A stretch of 64,000 nt of DNA from the NCBI RefSeq assembly GCF_041146345.1, contig NW_027191409.1, positions 1,240,001 to 1,304,000 of the forward strand, written 5' to 3'. This stretch comes from Neodothiora populina (lineage: Eukaryota). The stretch's first letter is position 1, and each line of letters opens with the position of its first letter. Below, one piece after another: positions 1 through 10,914 of this stretch. The position numbers and the translations under genes were made by a program. The notes under the pieces were generated by a model that worked only from the letters and a program-made list of their open reading frames with translations, was not told the DNA's origin and did no database searches.

Positions 1-1
1 C

Positions 2-247
2 ACCACCGCAAGTCATCACAAGAAGAGGGGTGACGCGGAGAATTGGGTGCTGGCTGACCCGGATGGATTCGAGGATGAATTGTGCAACGAAAGAGTGACG
101 GTTGTCACGAACGGCGACAAGCAAATTTTGAGAATAGAAAAGAACGGTGGCGGGTTTACGAGCAAAGACACGATGGGAGGGATTGTCTCGAGAGCACAGG
201 ATAGGTGGGCTGAGTGGAAATCGGTCCTTACACAAGGTGGCAAGTGA
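2..247 (+). CDS. RRP43: 3' end of exosome complex component Rrp43-like RNase PH protein (partial, runs off window start)
   Basis: Frame open from position 2 to TGA at 245-247. The C-terminus WVLADPDGFEDELCNERVTVV...ILRIEKNGG...RWAEW resembles fungal Rrp43 C-termini (recalled, not searched). Confidence 0.7.
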   Translation, partial: TTASHHKKRGDAENWVLADPDGFEDELCNERVTVVTNGDKQILRIEKNGGGFTSKDTMGGIVSRAQDRWAEWKSVLTQGGK

Positions 248-845
248 AGCTCTTCCGCTGCCTATGGAGGATTACCAACAACAATCGGCAAGATCCAGCC
301 TCTATCAATGGAAAAATCCATGAGTTCACTTCTGCTGTGCTCTGTCTAGGAGGAGCTCAATGCCTCGGCGGCATTCTCGATCGCACATGCGCGCTTATGC
401 TTGCTTCTCACATAGAAATGTGTTGCATGTTTCGAGGCAGTCCACCACGAGACCCTCGACCATAGTCCGACAGTCACAGGTATCAGAGGCGTGGCCGTAC
501 GAGACACATGTCGACATTCCATCGAGTTATGGTCGACCGTGGAGACACCCATATAAGCTCGAAACGACCGATGGTTCGAGGCTAGAAGGATAGAACACAA
601 CAAAGAGAACCAGAAGCAAGAGCATGACTTCGTAGATACTGCCATTTCGCATCGCTGTAATGGTATATATAACAAATAACAAACAAGCCAAAAAGAACAA
701 AGACTCAGCACCTTTTTACGCCAGTAATGCATTTCTGCTCACAGAAATAAAAGAACTCTCTCTCATCTTCTGGCCGCTACTATTCTTAAATTGATATCCG
801 TCTAGGGATTCCTTTTCTCCAAATCAATTTTTCAACGATTGTGCT

Positions 846-1612
846 CTACAAAGCGATAATACCAGCCAAGACACCCATTGCACCAATGGCGTATCCAGCG
901 ATGGTGGGCAGGGCAGCGGCACCGGCAGCACTAGTGGAAGAAGCGACAGCGGCGCTCGAGGCACCGCTCGAGGCTGCGCTTGTTGCACTGCTGCTGGGAG
1001 AGGCGTCGCTTGAAGAGCCATTCGCGTTACCTGCGTTTGTGAGAGCCGATGCAGTGACGCCCGTGCTGTTGGCGCAATTTGAGTTGTATTGCTCTGTTGA
1101 CAAAGATGCCTGCGTGAAAGTGATGTCTGCGCACTGATCGGGGCGAAAAGCGTCAGAAGAAGGTTCTAGTTTGCCGTCATAGGAAGGAGATTACTCACGT
1201 TGTAGAGTCCACCGCTCGGATCACCGTTGGTAATGACCTGGATAGTGGCATTTGTTCCCTCGGAGATCATACTCTTGACATCATCCGGGATGTGAATGGT
1301 GTTTCCGTTGATGCAGAAGTTCTCGGGCCCTTGTTCCTGGAAGGTAGGCACGAGAGTGATGTTGAAGTTCGAGCCGGGATCGTTGCCGAGTCCGAGCAAG
1401 ACCTGGACTTTGGCTGATGTGTGGCCCATGAGCAGCTGGATGGGGGCACCGCTCATGGGGAACTGTGTTCGGTTCGACGATACGGCGTCTTGACCGCCGC
1501 AGGGGAAGGTGCTCAGGATGTCCTCGTCGAAGCCGCGCGCGGCTGGGTAGACGAGCTTGAAATGCGCGGATGCTAGAGGCAGCAGAGCCGAGAAGAGGAG
1601 TTGGGAACGCAT
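846..1612 (-). CDS. BIM1: GPI-anchored copper acquisition factor, Bim1/Cbi1-like (X325, LPMO-like His-brace family); exons 1612-1199, 1133-846; ~233 aa
   Basis: Signal peptide MRSQLLFSALLPLASA is followed by N-terminal His (HFKLVYPAARGFDED..PCGG). A second His lies at mature position 48 (LMGH), and NATIQ..GDPSGGLYN|CADI is joined across a 65-nt GT-AG intron. The Ser/Ala-rich stalk and hydrophobic C-terminus fit a GPI signal. Confidence 0.88.
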
Positions 1613-2909
1613 GCTTGCTGTATGCGTCTTGACTGTGATTCAATTGACTCGTGTCTTAAGTATGATGACTTATTAGAAGTGATAGTCGGACAATTCTGAA
1701 CAGGCACAAGATGATCAACGGGGCAGAAGAGAGTGGGTGAATGAAAATACAAAAAAACCTACCACATGGACGTGGAAACAATCGAGATATATACTTCACC
1801 AGACCCCCCTCAGCGCCCTCTACAGCCCTCCGAAACCCTCCCACTTACCTTACCTTGATCATGGCTAGACCTACCTACCTTACTGACATAGTAAAACGTC
1901 CCCATCTATAGCCTACCGTAGGCTAAGCTCCCGAAAAGCATTGATCCTCCTTCGCGTGCGCGCCTGCGCTCAAAGTAGGTAGGCAAGGTAAAGTACGGCA
2001 GGTACTAGACAGCACCTTAGCTAATGGGTATCCACCAACCTTAGGCATTACTGACACAATGAGAAACACACACACAGGCAAGAAAGACAGCGCGATACCA
2101 AACGGGTGGGCCGGGCTGCACGGCAACATCAAGCCAGCAGAGTGCACGCTACAACCAAATCGCTTGCAGGCAAGCAGTGCAATAAACAAAGTAAGCAAGA
2201 AAGAGGTGGTTTGTCCCACCCAATCAGTGGGTACCTACCTTAGTGAAATCCCGCGCCCGGCTATGAAGCCTGGCTGAGGTAGCGCATCTGATGATCCAAT
2301 AAACCAAGGGGCCACACGAGAGTGAGAATGAGTTAGTTTTCCATGCGCCCTTTTGAGTTAGATGCGGGGCGAACGTGCACGCCCTACCGACTAAGCAATC
2401 CACCACCGCCTATTCATCTCCAGAATCTCCGTCATCGCTACAGTAGAAGAGACTTGGGCTCGAGGCTCTTAGCTTCGCTTCATCCCTACTGTATTTGTTC
2501 GGAAGACTCGGTGCTCGCGTGCGGGCGTGTTTGGGATGCACTATGGGTCGCTCGCATTGAGCCTTTGGCCACCTGCGCTCCCTCACCAGCCCGGTTCAGG
2601 TGTTCGTTCGTATGTTTAGGGGTTCAGACCCAGGTACGAGGCCACGATACGGAAACATCAAGATAAAGGTACTGTGTATCTAGGTTGGCCCTGACGAAGG
2701 GCTGGCCCGCACCATGCAAGTGTGGCTTGTCTGGATCCGTAGTGGGCATGAGTCTGGTCACTCGGAGGCGATACAAGGCTGTGTTTCAGATGCGACACTG
2801 GACTGTAGTGTCACTACTGTCGCGGAATCGCATAGCACTATGGAAGAGAGATTTTGTGTTCATCGGAGATTTCATGATTGCATGACTACACCACATCGCT
2901 GCAGTGCGA

Positions 2910-3602
2910 TTAATGGTGATCATCCTCAATGTGAGTATATCTGCCCAATAACAACTCCCCAACAAATAGACCTGCCAACACAGAGAGAAAATAACCGACA
3001 TTCAGCGTCATGACAGCAAGCATGCTATGATCGGGTTAGCCTCAGTGGAACGCCAAGGATGAAGGTGAGTGCGATTCTTACAGTAGATAGCCAACTCCAG
3101 CCTGTACAGTGTAGATGCATGCTCGGGGGAGGTCCACAGTGAGTCTGAATGCTTTGCGCTCGTTGCGCCTTGCGCTGTGCTTCACGATGCGCACTCTTTC
3201 GTCGAGACCTCTGACGGTAAGGACTGCCTCGTCGCTCTTCTCGGGGTTCGCAAGTCGCTCATCAGAGAATGGTGCTTCACCCTCTGGCGGAGCGACGACA
3301 ACATATCGGCGATTCACGGCTCTGTCATGCCATCGCATCTCCAGCGTCACTCTCCATGCTTGCAGACATCTGGCAATGATGGCTAAAACAATCAGGAATA
3401 TGCATGTCCCCGCGTACGCCCCTGTCGAGGTAGGCGTCCATGCTGTCGAGTAAAGCGGCGTAGAGTGATCTGTAGTAAACACCATGGACATGGAGCCCAT
3501 GGAAGACATGCCAGACATGGAAGATCCAGTGGACATTGACATGGCTGACGAGGTCGTGGACGGGGATGACATGTCCATGGACGACATATCCATGTGGTCC
3601 AT
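2910..3602 (-). CDS. Ctr family high-affinity copper transporter; exons 3602-3082, 3024-2910; ~211 aa
   Basis: N-terminal Met-rich motifs (MDHMDMSSMDM...MSGMSSMGSMSMVF), TPLYS..WTP..G.YAGTCIFL, MxxxM (MLAVM) in TM2, GxxxG (GLFVG) in TM3 and C-terminal DDHH. GTAAG...TAG intron. Confidence 0.95.
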
Positions 3603-3928
3603 TATGGCTAATGAAATCTGTATTCTGAAGGCAAAAAGCAGCAATGCGACGCCAGCCAGTTGATATGTGTTGAGTGTCAACACGCTGTAACTCGAGATGT
3701 AGTCAAAATGCGATAGTCGTTATTAGGGCTTGCGAGATGAGTCTTTCGCAAGGAGTGAGTTTGCGCGAGATATCAAAAGACAATGTAAGGTATGAACGTC
3801 GCTGAATGCAAGATGACGAAGATAATGTATGCCAATTGTCAGAAGTGGTGGTTGGGCCACAAACCCTCTGCTGACGGTTGTACTTCATACTGCTAGACCA
3901 TGAATCGGTGTGGAGTAGGTACGGTAAA

Positions 3929-3948
3929 TGTGCTCAAACTTGAGCAAG
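3929..3948. promoter_or_regulatory. Palindromic Mac1/Cuf1-type copper-response element TGTGCTCA-AACT-TGAGCAAG in the ctr/fre divergent promoter
   Basis: TGCTCA-N4-TGAGCA is seen directly. TGTGCTCA matches the reported Aspergillus Mac1 site and resembles the yeast CuRE TTTGCTCA. Confidence 0.7.
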
Positions 3949-4411
3949 TTATCGGCTCCCTTACCGAAATGCGGCTGTCTTTGATAAAGACTCTCCCGCC
4001 AAAACGCACTAGCGCACAGCCTGGCCGCGTCCCTTTCCTCGATTTAGCTTTACAGAGCCCGATGTTGAGACAATGGATATTGACCTTTATACAATTAGCG
4101 GGTGGACTTGAGTCTGTTTGAGCGCGCTTGGCTCATGGACAAGGTTGTGATTATGTTACAGTAAGTGGCCAAGTGATTCGGACTTGTACTACAGTTCCTA
4201 CTGTAGGTGTTTACTGCATCTCACTCTTTTACCTTCAATCTTCCTTGCTAAAACGTCTTTGACTTCTGTATCAATGTCATTTTCGACCTAATACACCTTT
4301 TTCCTTATTTTGTGTCGCTTGAGTCGACTATTCTACTATCGCGCCTGTAACCAAGATTGCCTGGCTGGGCTTTCCGCTTCTCCGCCGCGAGTGACAGCGA
4401 CGACCGACAAG

Positions 4412-6651
4412 ATGGATATGGACCAGGGCGGCATGGATATGTCCATGGGGAGCATGTCCTCGGGCAAGGGAGTGCCGAGTTATTTCGCCATGGAGCAGAT
4501 GTATTGGGCTGTAGTAGGGGCAGCAATTGGCGCATTCACACTCACCAATGTCTATGGCTGGTTACTGTACATGCAAAGGTTTGGTATACGCGCAGCTCTG
4601 TGTGAATAATTCTAATGACCCTCTGCAGGATTCGCGCAATAGACCAAACGCCTGCGAAGCCAAAGTCACTTCCATTCGTGGCTATGGCATCTGCGACTGC
4701 CATCCTCAGAGAGTTGGGCAATGTGTCACTGCCTCTTTTGTCTATCAAGTCTTGGAGAATCCCTTCACCCACGTTAGGCCGAACTTCAATTGTACTCGGC
4801 AATCTCATCACTCTTTTAGTGCTGTCTTTCTACAAGCTTGACATCAGCGACCGCTGGTCCTATGAATCGATCGGATATCGCACGGGGTTCATCAATGTCT
4901 GCCAGCTTCCCTTACTGTTCCTGCTTGCCGGAAAGCGCAACATAATCGGCTACTTGACTGGAACATCCTATGAGCGCATCAATTGGCTGCATCGCTGGGC
5001 TTCGCGTTGTCTGTTGTTAACAGCGACAATCCACATGGGCTACTGGTTCGCTGACTGGGCTCCATTTGACTACATTGGAACGAAAATCCGAACGGACGAC
5101 ATCACAAAGCATGGTGTGGCTGCGTGGGCGATACTAGTATGGATCGTTTTCAGCTCTATGACACCAATACGGGGCTGGTGCTATGAGTTTTTCGTCTTCC
5201 AGCACATCGTTTCATTCGCAGCTTTTATCGGTATGGTTTATCTTCATGTCCCTATCGAAGTTCGCTACTGGATCTGGATATGTGTTGGCTTTTTCTTCTT
5301 CGATCGTTTCGTACGAGGATGCTTTTACCTCTACAACAACTTATCCTTGCTACATCCTAAGCAGAGGAGGGAGGGCACTATGGGCAGCTTCTGGGCACTT
5401 AAGGCAGAATTTACAGCATTGTCTAACGATGTCGTGAAGGTGAACATCAGAGACCCGCCTATTTCTTGGACTCCTGGTCAACATGTCTTCCTAACATGTC
5501 AGGCCTTGGCTCCCCTACAAGCTCATCCTTTCACAATTGCATCATTGCCTGTCGACGGTCAGATGAGCTTCCTGATACAAGCGAAGGGTGGTAGCACGAA
5601 GAAGCTTTTGCGCCATGCTGGCAGAGTTGAGCTCAGTCTACCGCAATCGAATCGTGATATCGCACGACAGTCGGCGAAGAGCGTCGCGATCGAGGGACCT
5701 TATGGGCGCATCAGGCCCCTCAAGCAATTTGACAGTGTTGTGCTTCTGGCTGGCAGTACTGGAGCCAGTTTCACGATGCCACTAGTCCGAGATTTGATCG
5801 AGTCCTGGAAAACTTGGTCAAAGGCAAGCAAAAGTAGCCGAAACAGAGTAGTAACGCGACGCATCAGATATGTATGGATCGTCAAGTCGGGGAAGCAACT
5901 GGACTGGTTTGCCCAAGAGCTAAGACAAGTCATCGAAGATGTGCAGACTCTGCAATCAGAGGGCCACGATATCGAGGTAGAGATCAGCGCCTACATCACA
6001 TGTGACGAAACATTCACGACCGAACAAAAAAGCATACTCGAAGCTCTACACTCATCATCATCACCAAAGGCTCCCGCGCAGCGCGAACACGGCAGTATAG
6101 ACGTATTACCAACGCCAGAGGAGACCGAGTATCCCAACGACAACAAAAAGGATCTCTACAAAAAAGACATGATCGAAGAACGCGAAGTCTACGAACCAAG
6201 CATCAACTCCGACGCCAACGCCGGGCCTTCAAACCCATCATGTGGACCCAACGGCACATGTTGCTGTACCGCCACCATCGAAGACGAAGACGCAGACGAC
6301 GCCATCCGACCAGCATGCACATGCAATTGCGGCGCCGGCGCAGGGCCTTCGACAACAGAGAGCTCAGCAGCCTCGAGCATCATCAGCTTTGACGAGAAGT
6401 CCAAACCAAAACCCAAGCAGCCGCTTCTGCATTCAGCCATAAACATCTTCTCCGGTCGACCGGCGTGCAGAAACCTGATCCGGAAGTCTCTGGAACAAGC
6501 GCATGGCGAGAGCGCTGTAGTGGTATGTGGCCCTGCGGGCTTGGTCGACGATGTCAGAGTCAGCACTGTGTCGCTGAGCGACGAGAGAGCTGTGCACAAG
6601 GGCACTGGTGCTCAAGGAATCTGGTTGCATACTGAAGCATTTGGTTATTAG
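4412..6651 (+). CDS. Ferric/cupric reductase transmembrane component (FRE family); exons 4412-4578, 4629-6651; ~729 aa
   Basis: Heme-ligand histidines (LHRW..ATIH; FQH..YLH), FAD motif HPFTIAS, NADPH motifs EGPYG and AGSTGASF, VVVCGP, and C-terminal LHTEAFGY. Confidence 0.95.
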
Positions 6652-7006
6652 TGAAGAGCAAAATAGATACCCCCCTTTATTCGTCGGTCGGCATGACAGT
6701 GTGGGAAACTCATAAATGCCGGGTCATGATATGATTGTTAATGATGAATTTATGAAACTACTATCTCCTCTTACTCGTCAACAAAGCACGCTCATTTTGT
6801 GATCCACAATATAACACGTAACGAATTAGATGACAGTGGTACAAAAAGAAGGAACATGGACGTTGGCAAATGTTGCAACGAGATCAAGCATGTGAGTTAC
6901 ACGGCACTCTCACAACTCTAGCTCAGATACACGGCGACCCTGTCCCCTCCATAAGAACAAAACCAATCCACCTCAAACAGCATACACGGCCCAACAAGTC
7001 ATCCAC

Positions 7007-8664
7007 TCAAGCACTGTTATCAGCGCACGAGAACGAGCTATGATTACCTTCCTTCTTCGAGAGACTGACAGCACTGCCGTAGACGCCCGCAACGCACTAG
7101 ATAACATCAGAATCAGTATATCTGCCACATGAAAAAGTAACAAGTAGGTCCAAACTCACCACAGTGCAGCATAGGAGCAAAACGACCGAGTTCAGCGCAA
7201 AGAGACAGCTCTTCCTCCACCCATTGAACCAATTGCCTTTATTCATCTGAAACCAGAAGATGGTCGGAAGGCCGAGGCTGAACCACGAGTAGAACAAAGC
7301 GCCGAGCAGACCGAGCAGGTCAGTGAAGACCGGGATTGCTGACGCGATGATCCATGCAAGGATCCAGGAGGCGGCGCACAGCGCGATCCAGCTGCTCCAG
7401 GATCGCATACTCTTCTCCGTGATGACGGCGCGGTTGTGCTTCCAGTCCCGCCAGATGCGGACATACATGTTCTTAACTACGATAGCGGCGTTGACGACGC
7501 CAGCTATGATAATTGTTGGCATGGCGATGCCCCAGGCGACCTTGGCCATGCCTGGACTAGCGGAAGTGAGAGCGGGCGAGGCTACGTCGTAGCCGACATA
7601 ACGGTAGATGACGACCGCGACAGTGATGTAAAATGAGATGGCTACGCTCTGTAACAGGCAGAGGGCCTTGGGGAAGTCAGTTGGAGTCTTCATCTCTGAA
7701 ATGAACCCAAAGAAAGCTACGTGGCCAGCATAGGCGACAACGATGTTCGAGACGCTGGTGGCGCCCTGCTGGAAGGTAGTCTTGGTTGATGGCGTTACAG
7801 CGTATGTCTCAGGATTGGCTGGGTGTTTGGTACCGACGCTGATCATGGTGATCAGGACAGCAACTGTGATTGAGATGCAAGCTACAATGAAGATTAGTCA
7901 GTGACCAGATGCTAGACAATATAGACTTGATGTCAAGAGTATACGTACAGACTACGGACAAAGCCGAAATGTTCTTGAAGGTCCGAGGGAGAGTCAGTAC
8001 AAAGGACACAACAGTGCCGATGATTCCAAAGACAATAGTACACATGGCGTGATGTGTGAGGACATTCATCTCGACGGTGAAGGTCAAGATATGTGCAGCC
8101 ATAATGAAGATGAGTATCAAGACCTGCATAACCTCGACGACCTCACGTGCGATTGGACCCGCAATACGCTCTGCAGCGTTTGCAAAGCTGTGCATGCCCA
8201 TGTGCTTCATCTTGAACTGATAGACGACGCACCCGGTATACGTTGCCATCAGACCAATGCCAGCGATGAGAAGGACACCAGGGACAAACCCGACAGTTGC
8301 GACTACATTGGGTAGTGACAAAATGCCCAGGGAGATGGTCTCTGCGATGAGCAGAGCACCACACCTCCACCACGAAAGATTCTTGTAGTCTGTACCTCCA
8401 TTCGAGTTGTCACCGAAAGGATCTTCCTGTGTGGAGTTCAGCAGGAGTTCAGAACGTATGCTACAGGACCATACTCACAAGATCTCCTTCGGTAGTTGTA
8501 TCTGCTCTACTTTCAGCTTTCTCCAGCGCTTTGATACTTTCTTGCTCGACAGATCTAGCACGATCGTAGTCTGAAGCAGTAGTGGATCTTGAGCCAACAC
8601 GGATTGTAGCCTGTTCTTTATCAAGGTGTTCCGAAGATGTATTGTTATGCTCGTCCTTTTGCAT
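7007..8664 (-). CDS. Neutral amino acid permease (Mtr-like, Aa_trans/AAAP family); exons 8664-8479, 8426-7949, 7881-7160, 7096-7007; ~491 aa
   Basis: LSWW..GALLIAETISLGILSLP, AYAGHVAFFGFISEMKTP.DFPKAL, AIPVF.DLLGL, C-terminal FSCADNS. The exon sum is a multiple of 3. Confidence 0.92.
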
Positions 8665-9848
8665 GGCAACCCCGGCCCTTCCGCAAAACGCTCTTGCAAT
8701 TCCAAATGACTGCATAGCTGCGTAATTACATTGATCCAGTTTTTCATGCACAGAGAATGAGATTCGTACGTATGGAGAGGGGGGAAACCACAGCGGACAC
8801 TGGAGTATTTATTGGTAACGTCCTCATGCGGGCCTCCGCATTGTAGGAAAGCTAGAAGGTAATTAGGTAAGTCAATTGAAGATGGTTCTGCCTTCGAAAC
8901 TATCTCCGAAGATAGAGAGCTATTGTGGCATAGCACGGGAGGTCGTAATCAATGTGAGCCTGTGACAACATGGCTGAAGGTAATCAGAATCGGGAACCAG
9001 AACCTAGAATCACATCTGGCACGAAGCAGAGACCGGGATTGGTTGATAGATAATTAAATGGTATCGAATCGTAATAGGCTTTTCTTGAGAGACATATCTC
9101 CAGTTTTCCCGTGATAAGTTGAGTTGGGCATCGACGTGCTAGTAACTTTTCTCCCTCCTACTCGAAGACTGGAGGGTCAAGTTCGAGGCGCCATGGAGCG
9201 GCACAACGACTTTTCCGCTTCCAGGATCTCACTCATCGGTTTTCTACTCTTCGTCATCATTGCATATCCGTATATTCCCCATATTACAGGGAGATCCGAA
9301 GATCTGATAGGCGCATGGGGATGACGATCATTCGAGCCACACTGAGGATATTCAGAGGACAACGAATTGAGGTTGAGCCACTCAGAGTGGGAGTGGGGTC
9401 ATGATCACACAAGCATTTGCTCATGGTTGTCAGTGTTCTGACCGGACTCCAGTTCCCCGTATACCCTTGGGCTCTACTTGTTCGTGACATGTCGTTGAAA
9501 AGGCACAGACTAAGTTCGGCGCAGAGACGATCACTGCCGCTGGTTGCGCCACATGCAGGGACGAAGCTTTCCAACGAGGAACCGCCTGCCGGCGCGAGCT
9601 CAAGCTTTCCCCAGATTGCGACGACCATTAACGTCTCGAGTAAACACCCCGATTCCTTCGACTTTCCCCTCTTCTTGACTTCAGTGAATCTAAGCGCCGG
9701 CTTCTCACCTTCTTCGGACAGTATTTCTGAGTTGCAAAACTTGTCTGGATACTCACACAGAAATCATCCGAAAGACCTGAGTTCTCGAGCCTTAGCTTGA
9801 TTGACATCGTACTCATACTGTTTGCTCGTGACTATCACAAAAGACATA

Positions 9849-10914
9849 ATGGTTCAGCTACGCAAGCGCAAAACTCCCCCTCCTGCGCCTGAGCCAAAGC
9901 CAAAGAAGGAGCGCAAGACGAAGGCCAAAGCACCTGCGAACGGCGATTCGGAAGCTGCTCCGGCAGAGCCGGTAGCTGAGGCATCCTCTACCACTGCGCC
10001 CGAGGCCCCCGTTGAGGAAGAAGCAAAGCCGGCTGACGACAAGCCGGAGGAGAAGCCAGAGGAGAAGGCAGAAGGAAAGCCCGAGGGGAAGACCAATGGA
10101 AAGTCCAACGACAAGCCTGGTGCGAAGGCCAAAAGTGGACCTCCCAAGGCCGGCGACAAGATCGACTTTGAAGGCTTTGGTGGCGAGATCGAAACGCAGG
10201 ACGGGAAGAAAGTGACACTGAAGTCATTGGTCGAGGAGAGCGAAGCCGGTGTTGTGTTGTTCACGTATCCGAAGGCCAGCACTCCTGGATGTAAGTTGAT
10301 TATTTTCCTTGTGATGCCCAAATATCATACACTTCACTTCGGTCCCATCATCGTTCAGATGTGAGACACATTGGCAGACGTCTGCATGTCCAGGGAATCG
10401 GGTCGACCTGCGCATGGCAGTAACAGATTTATGAGCCAGTCGACTGCTCGGTGAATCTGTAGCGACGTATCGACATTCCCATTACATCTTCTATTACCTC
10501 GCCTGAAGTACATGATCAACGAGCCCATGCTGACAAACACTCGAAGGCACAACTCAAGTCTGCCTTTTCCGCGACAGCTATGATCCCCTCACAGCTACCG
10601 GGCTGTCCATCTATGGTCTCAGCTCCGACAGTCCCAAAGCCAACACAACATTCAAGACCAAGCAATCACTTCCCTACCCACTTCTCTGTGACCCCTCAGC
10701 GACGCTGATCGCAGCTATCGGCCTCAAAAAGTCGCCCAAGGGAACCCAGCGGGGTGTTTTTGTTGTGACCAAGGACGGTGAAGTGCTCGCTGCCGAGCCA
10801 GGTGGTCCTGCACCTACGGTCGAGGCTGTCAAGAAGGTGGTCGCCAAGATGGGAGGCGACAAGGATGCAAACGGACTGGTGAAGGCCAAGGAGACGGCTG
10901 AGAAGGCCAAGTGA
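9849..10914 (+). CDS. DOT5: Nuclear BCP/PrxQ-type peroxiredoxin (Dot5-like); exons 9849-10290, 10547-10914; ~269 aa
   Basis: FTYPKASTPG|CTTQVCLFRD active-site motif across the intron, GLSSDS, LPYPLLCDP. The N-terminus is basic and NLS-like (LRKRK). Confidence 0.92.
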
